DNA from: Chiloscyllium plagiosum | Lineage: Eukaryota | Assembly (NCBI RefSeq): GCF_004010195.1 | Contig: NW_025213737.1 | Span: 1 to 35,581, forward strand | DNA: 35,581 nucleotides | Direction of reading: 5' to 3' | Shown: positions 23,191 to 34,789 of the stretch, one piece after another | Layout of the letters: the number at the start of each line of letters is the position of its first letter | How positions within the stretch are numbered: the first letter of the stretch is position 1 | Made by a program: the position numbers and the translations under genes | Notes under the pieces: model-generated | What the model was told of the DNA's origin: nothing | The model's database searches: none | The model's input: only the letters and a program-made list of their open reading frames with translations

Positions 23191-23609
23191 CTGTGGAGAT
23201 ATGCATGTTGTGCTGATAAGGGGGCTAAAGACTTATGAAGAGATGTCAAATCATGGCGTCAGCAATAATATTATGTGCAATGATCTTGATGGCAGAATGA
23301 TGATGCCCATCTCAAATGCTTTTCTGGAGAGAACTATTATGAAGCAGTAACTCCACCAGGGTCCTAAGAAAACTATTTGCCTTTAAAATGTGTTGCTGAG
23401 GTTTCATTCTGTCCAGTACTCTATGACATAGGGCAAATTTCCTCAGGCAAGCTTCCACGCTTTCTCTCTTTAATTATGTAACTGAGCTATGGGGCTCTTT
23501 TTTCTCAGGGAATAGCCTTGGCAGACAGGGGGAAGTGCTTGTCACTGGCAAGACCTTTTGGTTCCTCTGGCTGCATTTTTAAAATCCAGCAGCACAGCCG
23601 TCCAGATGC

Positions 23610-24188
23610 TGTCATGACGACACTGTCACTTTAACAAGGTCACTTTATGGTTGGGCTTTTTATCAAGAGAGGTCGTAAAGGCAGAGGTGCCGAAATGTCT
23701 CGGAAGCAAGCCTACTTTAACAATGGCAGGGGAGTGAACAGTTCCCCTGGTTCAGGGTTTTTCCTAGTTTGGTTTAGTTGTACCGCAGAAGCTGCTGCCG
23801 AGAAAAAGCTCCATGCTTCAGCAGATGATCCCTGGCTGACTTTTCTCTCTGAAATCTCTCTGGCCTGTAAGAACCTGTGTCTGAATTTATCTTCTGCCAA
23901 GGGGTGCATTTATGGGATGTTACGGGAGTTGGAACAGCTGCTTAGTTAAGTTGCGATATTGTGTCGGTTGAGTTTTCAAATAGTTAAGTTATTCTAAATT
24001 CCGTTTTCTTTTGTTCACGTTTCAACTGCAGTCTTTAAAGAAAGTCTGTTTTGCTTAAAGCAGAGTGGTTTGGCCAGCTACGTCAAACCTAGAATATTCC
24101 CTTCACATCAGCCTTTATATTAAGAAACAGTTAGGGTCGAGGCTACCTTCTCGAAATATTTTGAGAGGGTCTGACCTGGTCCATAACA
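23610..24188 (+). mobile_element. Probable solo LTR
   Basis: Begins TGTCATGA and ends CCATAACA (imperfect terminal inverted repeat), about 580 bp. No clean TSD seen. Confidence 0.45.
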
Positions 24189-26143
24189 CTGTAAGCCAGG
24201 AACCACTTCCCAAACTATAGTTCTTGACCATGTTGATCTTTCAAAGGAAAGGCAAGCTAACTCTCCATTGCCAGAAGGGATGCCCAGTAATGCCACAAGT
24301 AGGTCCATAATCTTCTGCACTCTCTATGGGTGAGTACCACCATCTTCTCTCTGCTACATCATGCTTACAAACAGAGCATTCCCTCTAACTCTACCCCCAA
24401 GGCGTATGGACTACAACTCTCAGTAGGTCCGCACAAGATCTCCCCACCACCACAAGCTGTCCCCTGACACTCAGAAGCAAGCAGAGGCTGACAGCCTGTA
24501 AGGTCAGTGAGTTCTAAGAAATTAGTGACAAGCAAACAGAGGCCAGCAGCCTCTAAATAAACACTAAAGGGAGTCAGTGCCTAGAGGTCTGCGACGGAGG
24601 TGCCCCTGAGCACAAATCAACCTAGCAGAAGCAAGTCCATTAGCTCCAGAGTAAAGTGTTGAAGGCCTGAAGTGGTGTCTGAATTGATCTGAGAGGAAGC
24701 TCGATGATTTTTGTGAGGCTGACAGTTTGCCGATGTGGATGGAAGGCGATGGACGACATTGGCCATGGAACGATGTTGGGATAGGGAGTGGCAATACAAT
24801 GGCCGGGACAGACACTTGGCAAACTGCAGCTTCCGGGTACCTGTCTGATTTACATGTTGGGAATTTGCATTGTATAGTTTCTCGATTAAGGAGAGGGGAA
24901 CTGCAGGTGGAACGTAAATAGGGCAAGTTGAAACTTCAATGAGTTGCAAATAACTTGGAAATAAGTTGGTCATTGCTAAGGGCAAAGAGGGGAAAATTGG
25001 GAAAACGTTTCTCGATGTTGAGAACCTAACTTATGAAAAACATTTTCACCCTATCTTGTCACCTTAGCAGGGAGGGGAAATTTTCAGCCAATGCACAGGG
25101 ATTACGCTGTGAGTAAAGAGTTCTTTCAGAAGATTCCTTGGTCTTAAGCAGTACTTTGGGAAACCAAATGGAATCAAATCCCATAGACACGGCAAAACAA
25201 GTGGGTTCAATATCAGAGGAGAAAGGATACTCACAAAAAACATTAAAATCAGATGCTGAACACCCAGACGAAAGATGGTTCTAATGTGTGGGAGGAACAA
25301 TACTTGCACAGAACATTGAAATCAGATGCAGAAACTGATGAAGTCAAGCATGCATTGAGTGGATGTTTCATCAGAGCTCAATAAATACAGTGCAGAGCCA
25401 GCAGTGTAAGCTGAGTTTACCAGCTGTGAACTTAATGGCACAGACACTGGAGAACAAATCCATTCAGTGCTTGGCAGTGTTCATTTTTTAATGGAAAAGG
25501 CTGAAACACTTCCCTATTTCTTTGTGAATGATATTCATGGAACATTGTAGCATATTCCAGTTTTAAGAATAAGAGGGCACTTTGGTTCAGGGTGTCTTTT
25601 AACTGGGAGGAACAATAAGGAATGTAGTGGTAGTAGGAGATCGCATAGTGAGTGGGACAATCACTGATCTAGTGCATTCAATTGAGTGAGTCCAGAAGGC
25701 TACATAGTGCTAGGGGTTTAGGACATCTGCTCAGGGCTGGATGGGAACTTGGAGTGAGAGGGAGAGGATCCAGTTGCCATATTCATGTAAGTACCATCAA
25801 CATAGGCTGGACTTTAAAAGAGATCCAGCTTAAATACAGGAGCCAGGCACTAAACTAAGTCACAAAAACTCCTGAGCAATAATCTTTGTACTATTATTAC
25901 TTGAAGAATGTACTAATTACAGAGGGAGCATAAGGTATTGCAATAAATACATCAAAGACTGCTGTGGAAGAAGTGGGTTCTGGTTTATGGAAAACTGGCA
26001 TCTATAGTGGGGAGAGTTGGCGCTATACTATTGGGATGGTCTGTGCCTGAATTGTGCTGGAACCAATGATCCAGCAAGCAATATATTAGGGAAGTAGAGA
26101 GGGCTTTAGATTAAACAATAGGAGTGAAGGATCAGGTTTGGAT

Positions 26144-26999
26144 TGATGTGGGAAATCAAAGGTCCAAGCAGTCCCCCTGGAATGGTTGCAAACGGGTTCC
26201 AGTCTTGAGTCCATTTGTACAGAAGTCTGAACACAAGGCAGGACAATATAAAGCAGCTGTTCATAGTGAAGTGGGAGATGGCATGGGGCAGGGTGACACT
26301 ATGCACATGGACACACAAGATGGCCGCTGAGACATAAGTTGGCCACTTGACACACAAGATGGCCACCGGACCACAATATGGAGAGAGACAGCAGAACAAA
26401 CACACACACTGTCTGGGGCTACCAGAATGCCAGCACAATCACTCACAACCTAGTTGATTAGTTTAAGGCAGGTAGGGGAGAGATTACACATGAGTAGCGT
26501 ATACTGCCCGCCGAAGTGTCTGGGTCCAGCCAACACCTTTGATAGAAATGCTAACAGTCTGATACGGACTCAATACAAAGTGCTAATAGCCCCCAGGGCT
26601 GCAGTACTCGTCCATCTCAGGAAGTGTGATTGGCATGCATTACTAGAGCAACGGACGTCCGCACATACATTGAAACTTACAATGTCTGCACTGAAACTGA
26701 CAACAACCGTGCTGAAATTAACAAAGGCTGTGCTGGAACTAACATGAAACTATCGACGCTTCTGCATTGTTTACAACAAACAAGCTATGTTACAGAGGCA
26801 ATAACCTCATCACTGACCTATTATATCATAAAATGTATAGAAGTATCTTGACATGTGCTCCGGGTTGAGAGAAGTCTCGCAGCTGACCACTGTGCTGTTG
26901 GTGTCTTTCTCTCCCCGGAGCTCCGGTAGTCTCCTGTACAATAAACTCTGACGTTGAACTCAGACTCTGACTGCAAGGCTGGTGATTTTCCCCACAACA
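26144..26999 (+). mobile_element. Probable solo LTR (ERV/Gypsy-like), 856 bp
   Basis: Termini TGATGTGGGAAATCA / TGATTTTCCCCACAACA are imperfect inverted repeats. AT-rich TATA-like stretch at about 26820, AATAAA at about 26940. Interrupts the CR1. No exact TSD. Confidence 0.55.
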
Positions 27000-27034
27000 T
27001 TAGGTACAGGAAATGTTGGGCCTTTAAAATTACA

Positions 27035-27217
27035 GGAGAAAGTGAGGTCTGCAGATGCTGGAGATCAGAGATGGAAATGTGTTGCTGGAAAAGCGCAGCA
27101 GGTCAGGCAGCATCTAGGGAACAGGGTTCCTGAAGAAGGGCTAATGCCCGAAACGTCGATTCTCCTGTTCCCTAGATGCTGCCTGACCTGCTGCGCTTTT
27201 CCAGCAACACATTTCCA
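27035..27217. mobile_element. Hairpin-shaped non-autonomous PLE (family B) with hammerhead in the loop and 14-bp TSD
   Basis: Perfect 54-bp inverted arms at 27072-27125 and 27164-27217. TSD cctttaaaattaca at 27021-27034 and 27218-27231. Confidence 0.9.
27128..27159 (+). ncRNA. Minimal type I hammerhead ribozyme motif
   Basis: UC-CUGAAGA-A-GGGC-uaau-GCCC-GAAA-C-GUC|GA, with palindromic ACGU at stem III. Confidence 0.72.
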
Positions 27218-27494
27218 CCTTTAAAATTACACCCTTGTATGGGATCACATTTGGAAGTACAAGCATTCGTATGTTGGACGTTTGTAAATCAGGGACCCCC
27301 TGTATCATAAAAGCAGGAATGCAAAATAATAATCTAGCAAATGAAGGTTAGGAAGAGATAGACAGAACCAACCTGAGAATATACAAGACTAGGTATTACA
27401 AAAACAACAAAGATAAAACTAAAGACTCTGTATCTGAATGCACGTAGCATTCATAGCAAATTAAACAAAATGATAGTATGATGTAGTTTTTTTT

Positions 27495-27815
27495 AGAATT
27501 CCTACAATGTAGAAACAGGCCATTTGGCCCAACAGATCCATACCAACTCTCTGAAGAGTAACCCACCCAGACCCATCCCCCTACTACTCTGCATTTAATC
27601 CTGAGACATGCACCTCACCTATACGCCCCTGAACACTATGGGCAATATTTTAGCACAGCTATTCAACTAACCTGCACGTCTTTGTACTGTGGGAGGAACC
27701 CGGAGGAGCAGACACAGGGAGAATGTACAAATTCCACACATACAGTCGCCCGAGGCTGGAATCAAAACTGGGTCCCTGGTGCTATGAGGCAACAGTGCTA
27801 ACCTCTGAGCCACTA
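27495..27815 (-). mobile_element. HE1/V-SINE-like SINE
   Basis: Same head/core/tail as the other copies, moderately diverged. Confidence 0.88.
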
Positions 27816-27827
27816 TTTGCAGGATGT

Positions 27828-28567
27828 TGTTATGATTTGGAAACTTGGATTTGAAAGAGGGGGGAAAATGCATTTTAGCTTTCAGTTCTGTAAAAGTGAC
27901 TTGACGTAGGTTAGAAAGTCATCTTTTGACATTGCATTTTGACAGCTTCTTCAAAGAAAATTTGTGACTTATGTTAAATGACTATATCAACTACTTGGGA
28001 GTTAATTGATGAATTTTGTAGTTAAGTTTGATATCAGGGGCCACTAGTAGACTGAGCTCAGAAGAGCAGTTTCACACTAGCAGAAAGGCAGTTTAGTTTG
28101 GGGCAACCAATGCTTTCAAAGCTAGAAAGAAATCTTAAAATAATTTTTGCAGTTTAAGTAATCAATGTTTTCCTTCCAGTTTAGCTAGTAAATGTCAGTG
28201 AAAAAGGTGGAAATGCCAGAATCATAACTGGTGAATATTTAGAAGGTAATTGAAAGGAAATGCTTATAACCTCATCAATTAAATAAGAAATGAAAGAGAT
28301 TCAATAGGAATGAGACTTCACTGGATTGATGTACTGTAAAGAATACTACTGGGAAAAGGGTTGAATTTTCCTTTGTTTATGCCAAGATCTTTCTAAATTA
28401 TCTTATACAGTGCTTTGCTTTTTATTTTGTGCACTTTTGTTAAAAGGACACTGACAGACTCACTTGTCTATGTTTAGTGACTGTTTAGTGACTGACCACC
28501 ATGGTAACCATTATTTAAAACGTGCGGTCTGATATGTCCAGAATTAACTTCAGCTGGGATCATATCA
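27828..28567 (+). mobile_element. Probable old solo LTR
   Basis: TGTTATGAT ... GATCATATCA termini. Sits within the CR1 endonuclease region, which resumes afterwards. Confidence 0.45.
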
Positions 28568-30133
28568 ATAATGCACACTGAAGAAAATAAATATGATCTA
28601 ATTTCTGTGACAGAGTTGGCTGAATGGTGACAGGGATTGGGTCCTGAATATTGTGGGGTATATGACATTCAAGAAGAATAGGAAGCTGGGTAAAGGTGGA
28701 AGGAAAGCATGGAATTAATGCATTAATTAGACATGATCTTGGTTCAGGAGATTGGGATATGGAATTGGTTTGGGTTGACATTAGGAATAGTCAGAATGTT
28801 CTGGAACCAGCTAGACAGCAAACTATACTAGACTTGGTGGACTGTGTAAAATGACAGGATTATTTCAAGACCTCAGAGTAAAGTAACCCCTCTGACTGAA
28901 TTCACACTCAGTTTGAAAGGGAGACAGTGTTTGAGTTTGATTTATTGTTGTCACATGTGCCGAAATACAGTGAAAAGTGTCCTATATCAAGAGATTGAAG
29001 CAGACGAAGTGCATTAAGGTGGCAGAATAGAATGCAGAATACAATGTTACAGGGAAGGTGCAGAAGACTGTTCTTTTAGATTTAAATAAAGGCATGCCTT
29101 CTGCATGAAAGCTGAGTTAACTAAAGTGAACTGGCATCCTGGCTACGGAATTGATCAACTGAGGGCATTTAATGGGACATTTCAAAATAGTCAGAACAAT
29201 TATATTTATAAGGGGAAAAGCCACCATCTAGGTTTACGGAAAGCAGCTAAGAAAAGCATTAAACTTAAGAAAAAAAGTGTATAATTGCACAAAGTTGAGT
29301 GGCCATCAGATAACTGTACAGAATATACATTACAGCAGAGAATGTCTAATTATTAATAAGGATAAACAAATTAGAGTCTGAGAGGTAGCTAGCTAGAAAA
29401 ACAGATAGCAAGATGTTTTATCTACATGTAAAAATAAAAATGTCAATTGAGTGTTGCTTCTCCAGAGAATGAGAATGAGATGAAGAGGTCATTGTAGATA
29501 ATAAGGAAACAGCAGACAAATTTAACAAATATTTTGCATTTGTCTTCATTGAGGATACAGAGACATTCTAATTATATTTGCAAATCAAGAGGTGAAAGGC
29601 AGTGTCAAACCTAATGAAATTACAATCTCTAGGCAAGCTGGTGGTGCTGTAGCTGACAAGTCCCCACGTCCTAATGGACTTTATTCCAGGGTCTTAAAAG
29701 TGATGTTTAATGAGGTACTGGTGGGTTAGTATTGATTTTCCTATTTGCTAGATTCAGGAAAGTTTCCATCTGATTTGAAAGCAGCAAACATAACTCATCT
29801 GTTCGAGGAGGGTGTGGAAGGCAGGAAACACGGAAACTATATGCCAGTTACTTGATATCCATCTTGGGGATGTTGTCAGAATTGATCAATAGGAGTTTGT
29901 AACTGGGCACTTAGAATAACCCAAGGTTTTTGGGAACAGCCACTGTGATTTTGAGAAGGGAAAACGTGTTTAACTAATTTATTGAAGTTTTATCAAGGAG
30001 CAACATACAGGACTGCTGTAGACATAATGTTCTTGGATTTCCAGAAGGCATTTGAGAAGGCATTGCATAAAATGTTACTGAACAAAGTAGCAGCTCATGG
30101 TGTAGGGGACAGCATATTAGCATGGACAGAAGT

Positions 30134-30460
30134 GGGGTGGCACAGTGGCTCAGTGGTTAACACTGCAGCCTCACAGCACCAGAGACCTGGGTCTGAATCC
30201 AGCCTCGGGCAACTGTGTGGAGTTTGCATGTCATCCCCGTGTCTGTGTGGGTTTCCTCCGGGTGCTCCAGTTTCTTCCCACAATCCAAAGATGTGCAAGT
30301 TAGGTGAATTGGCCGTGCTAAATTGCCTGTAGTGTTAGGTGCATTAGTCAGGGGAAATGCAGAGGAAATAAGGGAATGGGTCTGGGTGGGTTACTCTTCG
30401 GAGGCTCGGTGTGGACTTGTTGGGCTGAAGAGCCTGTTTCCACACTGTAGGGATTCTAAG
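30134..30460 (+). mobile_element. Full-length HE1/V-SINE-like SINE inserted in CR1 RT
   Basis: ggggtggcacagtggctcagtggttaac ... gcctgtttccacactgtagggattcta. CR1 reads ...catggacagaag|attggttggct across it. Confidence 0.9.
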
Positions 30461-31156
30461 TAAGATTGGTTGGCTGGCAGAAAAGAAACAGTATCCTTAA
30501 ATTTGTCTATTTCAGATTGGCAGGATGTGACAATGTGAAGTTTGTGCTGCAACCCCAGCTTCTTACAATATATATACTTAGATGGGAGAACAAAGGGATA
30601 GTAACTAAATTTGAAAGTGTGATGAGCCTGATCTTAACGAGTGGTTCTGTGCTGTTTCTCTTGCAGATGTGGTGGCGCCAAAATATCTCCTTCAGACAGG
30701 GAGTTGGTAAAGAGCTTTTTGTGTTTTTTGTATTTAAAAAATGATACAAAGGATTCATGAGTGGGCAGGATGAGGACTCACATAGACCCAGGAAGGCTTT
30801 TAGTTTTGCTTTCAGTTAGAAGAGTCATCCAACAGGTCAGCCAGATCAAAGAGTGTGCTTCATTGTTTCTTGTCTTTGTTCTCTTATCCATACAGCCCAC
30901 CCTTCTCCCTGTCTGGCCAGGGATCGTTGATTTGACCTGGTTAGTCAGTGTGACCAGAAAACACAACTTCTACTGTGAATTCCACTCAAATTCAGGGGAA
31001 ATCATCACCAGGTCAAGATCTGTGAAATCCACATTTTCAAATAGACCACCTTTCCCATTTCATTCTGGTAGTCTGTACATTTGAAATGAGTCTAACATCC
31101 TTCCCTTCTAATTTCCTGTACCTGTGTTCTGAAGTAGTGGAACATGGATTCCCTAC

Positions 31157-31202
31157 CTCCAATTCTTGCCTGACTTGCTCTCTGTCGATCCCCATGTCCT
31201 CC
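31157..31202 (-). CDS. MAJIN: MAJIN internal coding exon (46 bp, phase 2 to 0): (x)EDMGIDREQVRQELE
   Basis: Acceptor tttctctttccattggtttttccAG and donor GAG|GTAGGG on the minus strand. Peptide aligns to human MAJIN GEEIENKEVITQELE (recalled) and joins in frame to the 19163-19238 exon. Confidence 0.85.
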
Positions 31203-31742
31203 CTGGAAAAACCAATGGAAAGAGAAATGATACACGGTAACAGTCAGGATTAACAGCAATGGTTTTGCACATCTGTTTGAACAACTAGGTGCAGAATTAC
31301 TGAGCCCAGGGGATAAAGAAAGCAATTTATCAGATTGAACTGTGGGTTTCCAAATTTTTCTGTGTCTCACCACACGCAAGGGCAGCAGTACTAGTTTGTG
31401 TGACAGAATAAAAAACGCATTGTTAAAAAGAATTTAAATAATGAAGTGCTTCATAATGCAAGAGTGACTAGGTTCGCCCACTCACCCAAAACTCACCAGC
31501 TTGGATTTGCATTTTGTGCAAATGTCTTTCAAGTTGAAGAGAGACTGCTGCAGATAGTTCCAGTCAAGTAATTTGCATTCGGAGGAGGAAAGAGTCAAAC
31601 AGTTGTGGGACTTGGGAGTTTTTTTTATTCGTTTGTGGGATGTAGACTTTTCTGACTGGGCTGACACTCATTGCCCATCTTTAATTGTCCCCAGTGGTGG
31701 TGAACTGCCTTCTGCAACCCCTCACTCTAGTCCTGTTGGGCT

Positions 31743-32315
31743 GTCATGTTGAGGTTGTACAGGGCATTGTTGAGCCCACTGCTGGAGTACTGGGTCCAGT
31801 TCTGGTCGCCCTGTTATAGGAAAGGTATTATCAAGCTGGAGAGAGTTCAGGAAAGATTTACCAGGATGTTGCTGGGAATGGAGGGTTTGAGTTATAAGGA
31901 GAGGCTGAATAGGTTGAGATTTTTTTCACTGGAGTATAGGAGGTTGAGAGGTGACCTTATTGAGATTTATAATCATGAGGGGTATAGATAAGGCGAATGG
32001 CCGGTGCCCTTTCCCCAGGGGATTTCAAGACCACGGGATCTATTTTTAAAGTGAGAGGAGAGAGATTCAAAAAAATCATGAGGGGCATTTTTTTTGTTTT
32101 TACACAGAGTGGTTCGTGTGTGGAATGAACTTCCTGAGGAAGTGGTGGATGCAGGTACAGTTACAATGTTTAAACGACATTTAGGTAAGTAAATTAATAT
32201 GAAATATTTGGAGGGATATGGGCCAAGCGTTGGCTGATGGGAATAGTTTAGTTTGGGATTATGGTCGCCATGGACTGACTGGACCGGAGGGTCTTTTCCA
32301 TGCTGTATGACTCTA
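31743..32315 (+). mobile_element. CR1-type LINE 3' fragment
   Basis: ORF 31746..31991 contains LYRALLSPLLEYWVQFWSP...LERVQERFTRML...RRLRGDLIEIY. Confidence 0.92.
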
Positions 32316-33297
32316 CGTGTTGTGGATACACCACTGTTAGGGAGTTGGAGGTGGGTGAGGTTTGTTCCAGGATTTATAGAAATGCTATACAAATGAAGTC
32401 ACAAGGCAGCAAAAAAGCACAATCTGACTACATAACATGACAGAATAAAGGCTCCAGAAATGATCGTTTTTTTTCTCACACTTCTTGAGTTCTCTCCCCG
32501 ATTGCTGGTCCAAATCATGGTGCTGTTATTGCCATCATGGGTAGGCGAGAAGGTAGGTCCTGAATTCACCACAGCTGGATCAGAGATCGAATCCGGAGCT
32601 GGTGACACCAAACCGATCTACACCAGCCATCCAGGCCAACCGAACCATCACCCTGCTGCATTGCTGTAGCAGTGCACACCATTACATGCATGCTGTATCC
32701 CACAGCTATGGACACTGATAGTAGAAGCTCTGATTTCTTTCCATCAAATGGCTGACCAGCAATATCTGGATTTACAACCTGCCAATGGCCTCTGTTGTTA
32801 GGACTTAAAGGTGGATTCTCCAGCTCTCTGGCTGCATTATGTATGCAAGCTCCTTGGCCATCAACTCTTGAGATTGGGACTCGAATCCCTGTCTCAGTGG
32901 AGACAAGGTCAGAAGTCACACAACATCAGGTTATAGTCCGACAGGTTTATTTGAGATCACAAGTGTTCAGAGCGCTGCCCCTTTGTCAGGTGAAGTGAGG
33001 AGAAGCACACAGGCACAGAATTTATAATCAGAGACCTCAAACAAATGGTGTGAATGCAGTATCGACAGGCTGAATAATAGATCTCTGCAGGTAATCAAGA
33101 GTATCAGACAATCTGAGTAAAGTGTCAACAGCTGAACAGTATGCAAAGGGATGACCTATAGTCCGATTAATTCAGGCAGACAGATAATTATAGAAAATTA
33201 GAAATAAGATGATGCTGGAGACAAACCGAGTGACTGGAATAATATGATACGTGTAAGAGTCACATTGCATGCCAAAGTAACAACTAATCCAAAAGTG

Positions 33298-33619
33298 ACA
33301 AATCACACAACACCAAGCTATAGTCCAACAGGTTTAACTGGAAGCACTAGGAGCGGTGCTCCGAAAGCTAGTGTGCTTCTAGTTAAACCTGTTGGACTAT
33401 GATTCGGAGATGCCGGTGTTGGACTGGGGTGTACAAAGTTAAAAATCACACAACACCAGGTTATAGTCCAACAGGTTTAATTGGAAGCACACTAGCTTTC
33501 GGAGTGACGTTCCTTCATCAGGTGAAAGCTAGTGTGCTTCCAATTAAACCTGTTGGACTATAATGGCGTTGTGTGATTTGTCACTGTACATCCCAGTCCA
33601 TCACTGGCATCCCCAAATC
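33298..33619. mobile_element. Family-A PLE hairpin with 12-bp TSD, itself containing a second family-A hairpin (33401-33561)
   Basis: TSD aatccaaaagtg at 33286-33297 and 33620-33631. The inner copy starts gattcggagatgcc, like the element at 16410. Confidence 0.85.
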
Positions 33620-34014
33620 AATCCAAAAGTGTGTAAACTAATTAAGATAGGTACTTGTTACTTTGGTTAGAACCTTGGCATACAATTCTTATACCTATCA
33701 GGTTATTCTAGTCACTCGATCTGTCTCCAGCATCACTTTATTTTTAATTTTTTGTAATTATCTCTCTGCCTCAATTCATCAGATTATACTGTAGATTATG
33801 CCTTCATATGCTATTCGGCTGTTGACATTTTAATCAGACTGTCTGACACTCTAGATTACCTGCAGAGATCTATTATTCAGCCTGGACACTCCACTCACAC
33901 CATTTGTTTGAGGTCTCTGATTATAAGTTTTGTGCCTGTATGCTTCTGCTCGTTTCACCTAACAAAGGGCAGCATTCCGAAAGCTTGTGACTCCAAATAA
34001 ACCAGGTGGACTAT

Positions 34015-34689
34015 TGTTGTGGAATAGAGGGATTTAGGAGTACAAGTACATAGTTCTTTGAAAGCAGTGTCACAGGGAGACAGGGTGGTGAAGAAGGCAT
34101 TTAGCTTGCTGGCCTTCATCGGTCTAGGCACTGAGTATAGGAGTTGGGATGCTATGTTATAGCTGTATAAGTCGTTGGTGAGGCCACACTTGGAGTGCTG
34201 CATACAGTTTTGGTCACAGTGTTATAGGAAGGACATAGTTAAACTGGAAAGAGCGCAAAGAAGATTTACGAGGATGTTGCCAGGACTAGTAGGCCTGAGT
34301 TATAGGGAGAGGTTGGACTTCATTCCTTGGAATGAGGAGTGACCTTACTGATGTGTATAAAATCATGAGTGGTATAGATAGGATGAATGTATATAGTCTT
34401 TTTCCCAGGGATGGGGAATTGAAAACTAGAGGGCGTAGGTTTAAGGTGAGAGGGGAAATGTTTAAGAAGACCTGAGGGGCAACTTATTCACACAGTGAGT
34501 GTATATGGAATGAGCTGCCAGAGAGAGTGATTGAGGCAGGTACAATAGCATCATTTAAAAAACATTTGGATAGGTACATGAATGGGAAGGGTTTAGAGGG
34601 GTATGGACCAAATGCAGGCAATTGGAACTAGCTGAGTGGGTACCAGGGACCAGTTTTGGCCAAAGGGCCTGTTTCCATGCTATGACTAT
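34015..34689 (+). mobile_element. CR1-type LINE 3' fragment inserted in the PLE arm
   Basis: Encodes LYKSLVRPHLECCIQFWS-like sequence at about 34160-34215. Flanked by gactat at 34009-34014 and 34684-34689. Confidence 0.88.
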
Positions 34690-34789
34690 AACCTGCTGTC
34701 ATGTGACCTCTGACCTTGTCCACCCTAGTCCAACACTGGCACCTCCACATCAGTGGGGAGAGAGAGAGTGATGCTAACCAGACCAAGCC

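Larger units (their letters stand above)
25600..30620 (+). mobile_element. Long degenerate CR1 LINE (ORF1 esterase, APE endonuclease, RT) broken by nested insertions
   Basis: VVVVGD-IV-G and EGEDPV esterase-like motifs (25620-25800), YLNARSI (about 27430), TE-WL (about 28610), KSP-P-G (about 29657), MFLDFQKAFEK (about 30027), in collinear order. Confidence 0.78.
32899..34752. mobile_element. Large PLE-derived fold-back element (arms about 32899-33284 and 33654-34014 plus 34690-34752) with nested insertions
   Basis: For example ttataatcagagacctcaaacaaatggtgtg / cacaccatttgtttgaggtctctgattataa and caggctgaataatagatctctgcaggtaatc / gattacctgcagagatctattattcagcctg. Degenerate hammerhead cores at about 32965-32990 (minus) and 33957-33985 (plus). 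Confidence 0.85.

Noticed and set aside
24564..24985. 120- and 122-aa overlapping ORFs
   Set aside because: No recognisable domain, no convincing splice signals, and they lie within a MAJIN intron.
31480..31620. Possible MAJIN first coding exon (two GTGAGT donors on the minus strand)
   Set aside because: No frame resembles the MAJIN N-terminus (PETRF/YKFKIR-like motif). The ATG exon is probably outside the window.
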